Source: a virus
Lineage: Duplodnaviria > Caudoviricetes
Strand: one strand, 5' to 3'
DNA length: 55,558 bases
Virus record (IMG/VR): IMGVR_UViG_3300017912_004183
Coordinates: 1 to 55,558 of that record
In this document: piece after piece, positions 50,301 to 55,558 of the stretch
Numbering within the stretch: the stretch's first letter is position 1
Layout of the letters: every line of letters starts with the position of its first letter
Made by a program: the position numbers and the translations under genes
The notes under the pieces: model-generated
What the model saw: only the letters and a program-made list of their open reading frames with translations
The model's database searches: none
What the model was told of the DNA's origin: nothing

Positions 50301-50441
50301 TTATAATTCTTCTTTTTTATTTATTGCCGTTTTTTTATCTTTTTTATTTCCTTTTAAATACTTCTCACTTGAAATCTCAGTGATCAGTGTCATCCCAGAA
50401 CGGATGAAATCTTTGCTTTTATCGACTGGTGAATTTCCCAT
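50301..50441 (-). CDS. Small hypothetical protein (46 aa)
   Basis: Manual translation MGNSPVDKSKDFIRSGMTLITEISSEKYLKGNKKDKKTAINKKEEL; SD AGGAG 6 nt upstream; late promoter at 50501. Confidence 0.7.
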   Translation of the reverse strand: MGNSPVDKSKDFIRSGMTLITEISSEKYLKGNKKDKKTAINKKEEL

Positions 50442-50453
50442 AATAGTCTCCTG

Positions 50454-50495
50454 CTAATGTACATTAGAACTTTTTACGGGTGTTGCTATCCCATC
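50454..50495 (-). promoter_or_regulatory. Candidate structured 5'-leader (H-type pseudoknot plus competing hairpin)
   Basis: AUGGG-AUAGCAACA-CCCGU-AAAAA-GUUCUA followed by the palindrome CUAAUGUACAUUAG and an SD. Confidence 0.45.
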
Positions 50496-50561
50496 CTGAC
50501 TATTTATTTTCTAAGAGGTTCATAGAGCGTTTTGCGATTCTTAGAGTCACGTTACGGACAT

Positions 50562-50593
50562 AAAAAAAGAGAGCGCCTCATAAAGACACTCCC
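50562..50593 (-). terminator. Rho-independent terminator
   Basis: GGGAGTGTCT-TTATG-AGGCGCTCTC stem with G-U pairs (valid on the minus strand only), then T7. Confidence 0.8.
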
Positions 50594-50600
50594 ATAAACC

Positions 50601-50741
50601 TCAGTGTTTGCCCTGACCACGATAACGCTTTCGTGCATTATTCCGAGAAGTAGCAGCGTACTTTGTATGCTTCCCAGAACCTTGCCTTGTATTTTTTGGG
50701 CGTGACTCAATGAGATCACCAGTTTTACTACGAATTGCCAT
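50601..50741 (-). CDS. Small very basic protein (46 aa)
   Basis: Manual translation MAIRSKTGDLIESRPKNTRQGSGKHTKYAATSRNNARKRYRGQGKH; SD GAGG upstream; terminator directly downstream. Confidence 0.8.
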   Translation of the reverse strand: MAIRSKTGDLIESRPKNTRQGSGKHTKYAATSRNNARKRYRGQGKH

Positions 50742-50752
50742 AAATCTTTACC

Positions 50753-51532
50753 TCAAATAACACGGGACTTTTCATGACCGACACGAATGCGTGGGTCGCA
50801 GAGAATACTGAAACCAGCTTCCTTTGCATCTAAGCAGAAACTGACATCCTCGCCACACATGTCCTGAACTTCACCACTTTCAAAGATTTGCATTTTTGGT
50901 GCAAACCATGGATATGGCATCGCTTTATCCTCAAAAACTCCTTTGCGAATTAGCGTCCATCCAAATCCTGCATAATCTACAGTGAATGGTTCAGTACGAC
51001 CTTGGAGACTTGTCAAAGTCTCATGGTTCATTACACCGCCATTCTCTTTGAATCCATCCTCATCCATCCAGTGAGCAACACTCGAAGTCTTACCATCCTC
51101 TGTACAATACCATCCGCAACTGATGGCATTCTCCTTGCCGTTATCAGGTTCTGCTAATGCACATAATTGCCAGAATTTCTCGGAGTTAAATACGATATCA
51201 CTGTCAATCCATAACTGATAATCATAATCCAACTTACCGTCCCATGGTTCCTGGTCGGGGCCCCTCAATACATTGGCACCCAAACATTTGCAACGGGCGA
51301 AATTTACCATCGAACTATAATCTTGACTGATCTGAATGCTCATGCCATTCTGTACCATGTCAAAACATAGTTGTACAAAATTTTTGAGAAACGTATACGA
51401 TACTCCCCTGCCTGGAAGGCAAAATACAATCGTCTTCCCTCTCATACTATCTTTGATTGCTGCATAGTCCCACTCTGGTTGTGGTGGGGCGACCTCTTCT
51501 GAGTCAGCTTCTACTGTAAATCCTTTAGACAT
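50753..51532 (-). CDS. GT-A-fold glycosyltransferase-like protein
   Basis: IVFCLPG, VNFARCKCLG, DxD motif LWIDSDIVF, GFGWTLIRKGVFE, GEDVSFC and RVGHEK motifs. Confidence 0.75.
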   Translation of the reverse strand: MSKGFTVEADSEEVAPPQPEWDYAAIKDSMRGKTIVFCLPGRGVSYTFLKNFVQLCFDMVQNGMSIQISQDYSSMVNFARCKCLGANVLRGPDQEPWDGKLDYDYQLWIDSDIVFNSEKFWQLCALAEPDNGKENAISCGWYCTEDGKTSSVAHWMDEDGFKENGGVMNHETLTSLQGRTEPFTVDYAGFGWTLIRKGVFEDKAMPYPWFAPKMQIFESGEVQDMCGEDVSFCLDAKEAGFSILCDPRIRVGHEKSRVI

Positions 51533-51555
51533 AATCTTTGAATGACTACCCTGTA

Positions 51556-51584
51556 ATTATAACAAACTTATATATCCTTGTCAA
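51556..51584 (-). promoter_or_regulatory. Perfect sigma70 consensus promoter
   Basis: TTGACA-N17-TATAAT, about 24 nt upstream of the GT-like ATG. Confidence 0.9.
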
Positions 51585-51589
51585 TACCA

Positions 51590-51885
51590 CCCATTATTTT
51601 TTTCTCCGCGACCCCTTGAAAACCCTTTTTGGTTGGCGAAAAATTTTGGAGTTTTTTTATATACATCGCGTTTTGTCACCTCTGTAGGTTAGGGATGTTT
51701 GCTTTTTCTAATATGGGGTTTATATAATAAACACGAATAAATTAAATTAACTGTTAATAAGAATTAAATAGTGCTGTTTAATAAGAATTAAATAAGAGTT
51801 TGTGTTATTAATAGATAGTGATTTGTTATTTGATAATTAAGCGATTGCTATGTAATAAGAATAGATAGCAATCGCTTAACTATTA
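51590..51885. other. Non-coding AT-rich tract with direct repeats and a 15-bp inverted repeat (origin-like)
   Basis: CTGTT(T)AATAAGAATTAAATA twice (51751, 51774); TTAAGCGATTGCTAT-N13-ATAGCAATCGCTTAA (51837-51879); no ORF. Confidence 0.5.
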
Positions 51886-52230
51886 CTAATCGCCACAATG
51901 TGTGTCTACCAGTTGCCAAGTCCTCACCATCATTTCCGTCTGATCCTTTAACCTGTGCTCGTAATATCTGCGCCTTGAGTAAGCATTAACCCTACAAGAA
52001 GGCGGCAAAATCATATGTCCGTACTCATAAAATGCGGACTCCAACATATCGTAGTTGCAACGATTAAGCAAAGAAGTAATAAACTCTAGCGCCATTTTTT
52101 CGCTTGATGAACCATTCACTTGCAAGTGCTCGAAGTACACTTTGACCTCAGATTTGTTGCACCAGGTTTGTATAAACTCATCGCAATTAACAGGAGTGCG
52201 ATCAGCGTAAGGAAGGAACTTAAAAGGCAT
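51886..52230 (-). CDS. Hypothetical protein (early-type region)
   Basis: 114-aa ATG ORF co-oriented with its neighbours. Confidence 0.6.
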   Translation of the reverse strand: MPFKFLPYADRTPVNCDEFIQTWCNKSEVKVYFEHLQVNGSSSEKMALEFITSLLNRCNYDMLESAFYEYGHMILPPSCRVNAYSRRRYYEHRLKDQTEMMVRTWQLVDTHCGD

Positions 52231-52249
52231 GGGACTGAAGAATAGGGTG

Positions 52250-52288
52250 GAAAAATGTAAAGAATAGGGGGAGGATTAGTCCCCCTAT
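52250..52288 (-). terminator. Probable terminator
   Basis: 9-bp stem ATAGGGGGA/TCCCCCTAT (52264-52288) followed by a T-rich tract on the minus strand, just after the stop at 52292. Confidence 0.6.
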
Positions 52289-52291
52289 GTA

Positions 52292-52621
52292 TCAAAGACG
52301 CATCGAAGAAAAGAAAGGAACAGTGCTTAAACCTTGTACAGTGTTCATGGTAACAAACCACTCACCTTTCTCCTGGAAAACTCTATCACCGGGTTCACCA
52401 TGCTCAGAGAGAATGGCATTAAGGCGGGATTTTGTGGTCTTAGTTTGATGGTCACCGTCGAAAAGGCGGATCAAATTCTCACCAACCTCAGCGATTTTGT
52501 TGCCATAGAGATGAACATAGGAGATCTGTTCTAGGGGATCATAGGTAACAACAGTGTGTCCAGATCGCCAGTCCCGGCAGTCGCTGATGGCGGCGTTCAT
52601 CTGCTCTTCAATCTTACGCAT
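52292..52621 (-). CDS. Cyanophage early-type hypothetical protein (109 aa)
   Basis: Probable start MRKIEEQMNAAI...W.SG.T.V; contains V.LYGNKIA and TTKSRLNAIL; the ORF-track N-terminal extension overlaps the promoter. Confidence 0.75.
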   Translation of the reverse strand: MRKIEEQMNAAISDCRDWRSGHTVVTYDPLEQISYVHLYGNKIAEVGENLIRLFDGDHQTKTTKSRLNAILSEHGEPGDRVFQEKGEWFVTMNTVQGLSTVPFFSSMRL

Positions 52622-52687
52622 TGGAGTGGGGGGTGAACTCGACATACACAGTGTCGCCCAGATCTCCGGATCTGTCACTAGGGCATT

Positions 52688-52868
52688 GTGCCACTATGCC
52701 GGGTGGTTTGGAATGTTAAGTTTTGTCAAAGTTTGGCGGATCTGCCACGGTACTGCCTCCCGGTGCGCTACACTATAGGGGACAACCAAACGAGGGGTGA
52801 GGTAACCCTGCTGACGACAATGATCGCCACTCCCCCTGCAATGAAATAATTGTTTCATTATGTTACAA
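52688..52868 (+). repeat. Intergenic module copy A (about 180 bp, similar to 53521-53700)
   Basis: Shared blocks GTGCC..., TGGTTTGGAATGTTA, CGGATCTGCCAC, CCGGT.CGCTA.A.T, AGGGGACAA, the 57-nt core and TTATGTTACA. Confidence 0.85.
52792..52848 (+). ncRNA. 57-nt structured repeat element, copy 1 (putative ncRNA)
   Basis: GAGGGGTGAGGTAACCCTGCTGACGACAATGATCGCCACTCCCCCTGCAATGAAATA; -10 TACACT at 52769-52774. Confidence 0.55.
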
Positions 52869-52886
52869 AACCCCTGTCAAGGGGTT

Positions 52887-52912
52887 GTGTGCCAGTTTGT
52901 GGACTGGCACAC
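52887..52912. promoter_or_regulatory. Palindromic operator-like box
   Basis: GTGTGCCAGT-TTGTGG-ACTGGCACAC, a perfect 10-bp inverted repeat; family members near 52688, 53521, 53701, 54826, 54985, 55008 and 55152. Confidence 0.7.
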
Positions 52913-52926
52913 CGTAACATAAAGTA

Positions 52927-53463
52927 TCAATTAGCGGTGAGATATTCCAACAGACTGCCATCATAATCCTCGGGCAATTCGTCGCGTCGAGTAACAAAAA
53001 TAGAGACCTTATTCTCCCAACGATTAACAGTGTTTTCCAATACATTCAGGCGCTCTTTAATGTCCATGGACTCCCAATACTCTACCGCTTCTTCCCACTG
53101 CATCTTGCTATAGTGTTCATCACTAGCGACCGGATAATCTGCCAGAAAGCAACACCATTCTTCCGCTACTTTTAGTGCTTCGGCATCACTTTTGTGGATT
53201 AAGAGTTGTTCATACCAACCACAACCCCAGTGTCCGAATCGATGGATCTCAGTATCATTGTGCTTCGCTACTTTCAGAATCTCATCAGTCACCACCTCCC
53301 AATTTGAGCGGGTTAAGATATCAGCATCACGAGATGTTGATACTGGGGCAAGGAAATAGTGATCGCGAAGATGATCCGAATCTCCACTAAAGTTGCGGGC
53401 AGAATCAAAACCAGTGGGATGATCCCACTGCTCAAGGTGTTCGGGGACGAAGGTGACTTGCAT
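52927..53463 (-). CDS. Hypothetical protein (178 aa)
   Basis: Probable start MQVTF at 53463; contains SNWEV, RFGHWGCGWYEQLLI and LADYPVASDEHYS. Confidence 0.72.
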   Translation of the reverse strand: MQVTFVPEHLEQWDHPTGFDSARNFSGDSDHLRDHYFLAPVSTSRDADILTRSNWEVVTDEILKVAKHNDTEIHRFGHWGCGWYEQLLIHKSDAEALKVAEEWCCFLADYPVASDEHYSKMQWEEAVEYWESMDIKERLNVLENTVNRWENKVSIFVTRRDELPEDYDGSLLEYLTAN

Positions 53464-53520
53464 TGCTGTTGTGCAACTAAGGGAACAATAAGCGGTTACA
53501 GGATGAAAACCAGGGTGACT

Positions 53521-53700
53521 GTGCCGGTTTGCCGACTGGTTTGGAATGTTACGAGATGTTAAAGGTTCTCGGATCTGCCACACTGCCCCCATCCGGTACG
53601 CTATAATTAGGGGACAATCAAGAGAGGTGCGGGGCAGCACTGTAGACGACAAAGGGCGACACTCACCCTGCAATGAAATAATTATTAAATTATGTTACAG
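53521..53700 (+). repeat. Intergenic module copy B
   Basis: Colinear with 52688-52868. Confidence 0.85.
53624..53680 (+). ncRNA. 57-nt structured repeat element, copy 2
   Basis: GAGGTGCGGGGCAGCACTGTAGACGACAAAGGGCGACACTCACCCTGCAATGAAATA; -10 TATAAT at 53602-53607. Confidence 0.55.
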
Positions 53701-53734
53701 GTGTGCCACTTTATGAACTGTCACAGTGCCACTT
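53701..53734. promoter_or_regulatory. Palindromic operator-like box plus half-site
   Basis: GTGTGCCACTTTATGAACTGTCACAGTGCCACTT, between convergent element copies 2 and 4. Confidence 0.65.
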
Positions 53735-53760
53735 TTATATGTGGTTTTGTTACATAATTG

Positions 53761-53817
53761 TATTTTATGGCAGGGTCAGTGGCGATCGTTGGCGTCTCCG
53801 GTGCTACCCCACACCTC
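53761..53817 (-). ncRNA. 57-nt structured repeat element, copy 4 (inverted)
   Basis: Minus strand GAGGTGTGGGGTAGCACCGGAGACGCCAACGATCGCCACTGACCCTGCCATAAAATA; extended -10 TGCTAAGAT at 53867-53875. Confidence 0.55.
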
Positions 53818-53922
53818 AACAGGTTGTAACAATCAGAGCATAATGCTGCCTCCCTTGACTGATCTAATCTTAGCACGGCAGGAGCAGATCCGTGACCCAC
53901 TCCGTTACATAATGAAATCTTA

Positions 53923-54180
53923 TCACTTTGCCAGCATAGAGTTTGAGTGATATTGTGCAGCGATTGCCTTCGCTAAATGTCTGAAAAAATGATGAATGTC
54001 GCCGTTACATACATCTAACTGCAACAATATATTTGAGATCTTTGCTCTCTCATCTCCTTTTGTTGATAGGATTTTCTCGATCACCACATCTGTTGTGATT
54101 ATGTGAGTCCATCCATCAATCTCAACTTCATAACATTGGATGTCCAAATCTTTCTCTTCAAAGAATACTTCAAGGTTCAT
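53923..54180 (-). CDS. Hypothetical protein (85 aa)
   Basis: ATG ORF with FFEEKDL and NGDIHHFFRHLAKA. Confidence 0.7.
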   Translation of the reverse strand: MNLEVFFEEKDLDIQCYEVEIDGWTHIITTDVVIEKILSTKGDERAKISNILLQLDVCNGDIHHFFRHLAKAIAAQYHSNSMLAK

Positions 54181-54228
54181 GATGATGACGAAGATGATGT
54201 TAGCGAAGGTGATGATTGTGAAGGTGAT

Positions 54229-54465
54229 TCAATACTGTGGGTTGATAAACATCACAGTACATGATCCACGCGGGCGAAGAACAATCATCTCGCCCAATTC
54301 TTCTCGGTCACACTTTACGCCAGATAATCCCACTGCTTCCTTACATGCTAGGACAATCTGTCGATCAGTGGCACAATCTGAGAGAGTTACTGTCTCCCGC
54401 TCACACCAACTATAGTTTGCATCACCGCCAAATGTGTCGGTGTATTCAACAAGAAAGTTCTGCAT
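54229..54465 (-). CDS. Hypothetical protein (78 aa)
   Basis: ATG ORF with VEYTDTFGGDANYSW. Confidence 0.7.
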   Translation of the reverse strand: MQNFLVEYTDTFGGDANYSWCERETVTLSDCATDRQIVLACKEAVGLSGVKCDREELGEMIVLRPRGSCTVMFINPQY

Positions 54466-54503
54466 TGTTCAAAAGAAGAATAAAGTTTGCTGGTAAAATC
54501 TTA

Positions 54504-54767
54504 TCAGGTATGAGTGCTGCCATCAGGTAACATGCAACCATGAAGACCACAGTTTGGCAGAATGCCTTCAATGATGACACTGTAGGTGCCATTATGATGG
54601 TTTCCTTGTACATCTTCCTCCACCATTAACCCTTGCATAAGTTCAACAACACTCTTGCCTGTTTGTATGCTCCACATAGAAAACTTTGCGAGTTGCTGAT
54701 AAGTCAGAACCTGGAAGTGATCGCCCAGGGTTCCATCAGATTCGAGAAGTGGTGCTCTGTAACGCAT
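54504..54767 (-). CDS. Hypothetical protein (87 aa)
   Basis: ATG ORF preceded by extended -10 TGCATAAT and an operator-like box; ends GCMLPDGSTHT. Confidence 0.7.
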   Translation of the reverse strand: MRYRAPLLESDGTLGDHFQVLTYQQLAKFSMWSIQTGKSVVELMQGLMVEEDVQGNHHNGTYSVIIEGILPNCGLHGCMLPDGSTHT

Positions 54768-54898
54768 TTGGTTGGTTGCGATTGATCTAATTATGCAGCA
54801 GATCCGGCATCTTGCCTACCCCATAGGACCACTAAACCAACTGTCCACGGATGCCCTCAGAGACCCCTGAGAGGCGCTACAATATAAGCAAATCAAAC

Positions 54899-54955
54899 GA
54901 GAGGTGGGGTAACCTCGATGACAACAATAATCGACACTATCCCTGCCATAAAATA
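54899..54955 (+). ncRNA. 57-nt structured repeat element, copy 3
   Basis: GAGAGGTGGGGTAACCTCGATGACAACAATAATCGACACTATCCCTGCCATAAAATA; -10 TACAAT at 54878-54883. Confidence 0.55.
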
Positions 54956-54984
54956 ACTATAAGAATATAAAGAATTGTTACAAT

Positions 54985-55030
54985 GTGCCAGTTTGTCAAG
55001 TGTCACAGTGCCAGTTCATAAAGTGTCCAC
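54985..55030. promoter_or_regulatory. Tandem palindromic operator-like boxes
   Basis: GTGCCAGTTTGTCAAGTGTCAC-A-GTGCCAGTTCATAAAGTGTCCAC. Confidence 0.7.
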
Positions 55031-55217
55031 TCGGTCCTACTGCCTCCCTCCCATGCTCCACCCTTCTAGTGTAGGCGCTCCCGCTCGGCGGCGCTGTATA
55101 AACCGCTACAGTTTTATGAATTGTCACAAAGACACATAAAGTACTGGCACTGTGACAGTTCGCGAAGTGTCCACTGTGTGAAAACCGCGACTTTATGAAT
55201 TTTTATGGCGGGGGTGC

Positions 55218-55246
55218 TTGACAAAACGGCGATCGTGTGATAACAT
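55218..55246 (+). promoter_or_regulatory. Sigma70-like promoter with no downstream ORF
   Basis: TTGACA-N17-TAACAT with an extended TG. Confidence 0.6.
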
Positions 55247-55260
55247 GCCGCCCAAGATCA

Positions 55261-55300
55261 CAAGGTCTCGGAGGGTTTCAGAGGGTCTCAGAGGGTTTCA
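55261..55300. repeat. 10-bp tandem repeat
   Basis: GAGGGT(T/C)TCA three times (55271-55300) plus a degenerate CAAGGTCTCG. Confidence 0.8.
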
Positions 55301-55558
55301 TAATACTTTACATAAGATTTTGAAATATAAACATTACTTATATTTGATATAAGAAAAACAAATACATCATGCCCTAGCAGATAATTACATACATGCCAAG
55401 AGATAAGTAACAAAATTTAAGATAAGTTTTGTTACATATTATTTTCCACAATTCCACAAAGTATTCCACAGGTATTATGCCCCCTGGGGGGATGATCGTG
55501 AAGATGATGTTAGTGAAGGTGATTATTAGAAGGTAGTTTATGATAGTGAAGATGATAC

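Noticed and set aside
50454-50495. Firm call as a preQ1-I riboswitch
   Set aside because: Topology is similar but the loop consensus does not clearly match and no queuosine-pathway gene is downstream; kept only as an unnamed pseudoknot
52811-52850. Hammerhead ribozyme (CTGACGA...GAAA) in element copy 1
   Set aside because: No stem II can form between CUGACGA and GAAA, and the CUGANGA core is not kept in the other three copies
53464-53673. N-terminal extension of the 248-aa ORF (likewise 52622-52678 for the 128-aa ORF)
   Set aside because: The extensions run through promoter and repeat modules; downstream ATGs with typical leaders are better starts
54140-54415. Plus-strand 91-aa ORF with MMMTKMM run
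   Set aside because: Product of the low-complexity GAT repeat, antisense to two better minus-strand ORFs
52688-55174. CRISPR-like mini-array formed by the palindromic boxes
   Set aside because: Repeats are degenerate and irregularly spaced with whole genes between them; no cas genes
51590-55558. tRNA genes in the non-coding stretches
   Set aside because: No cloverleaf with a T-loop GTTC(G/A)A and acceptor stem was found by eye

Overview
Fragment of a T4-like marine cyanomyovirus (Kyanoviridae-type) genome, with essentially all genes on the minus strand. From left to right it contains: gp47 (partial), gp55, uvsW, uvsY and gp3; the head module (gp23, gp22, gp21, gp20); tail and packaging genes (gp19, gp18, gp17, gp16, gp15, gp14, gp13); a 2339-aa VrlC-like structural protein; gp8; a four-gene cassette between gp8 and gp7 (subtilase with odd catalytic and insert features, repeat fibre protein, collagen fibre with a C-terminal chaperone, sulfotransferase); gp7, gp6, gp25 and a GT-A-like protein. 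Many late genes carry (A/T)TAAATA gp55-type promoters, often overlapping the upstream stop codon. From about 51.6 kb the sequence changes to an AT-rich non-coding tract and then small early-type ORFs separated by repeated intergenic modules. The best candidate for an undescribed system is there: four ungapped copies of a 57-nt element with a covarying hairpin and a possible pseudoknot, each downstream of its own -10 box, ORF-less, and arranged around palindromic GTGnCAnTT-Nn-AAnTGnCAC boxes. A second candidate is an H-type pseudoknot with a competing hairpin in the late leader upstream of the baseplate genes. All calls come from motif recognition by eye; no database search was run.
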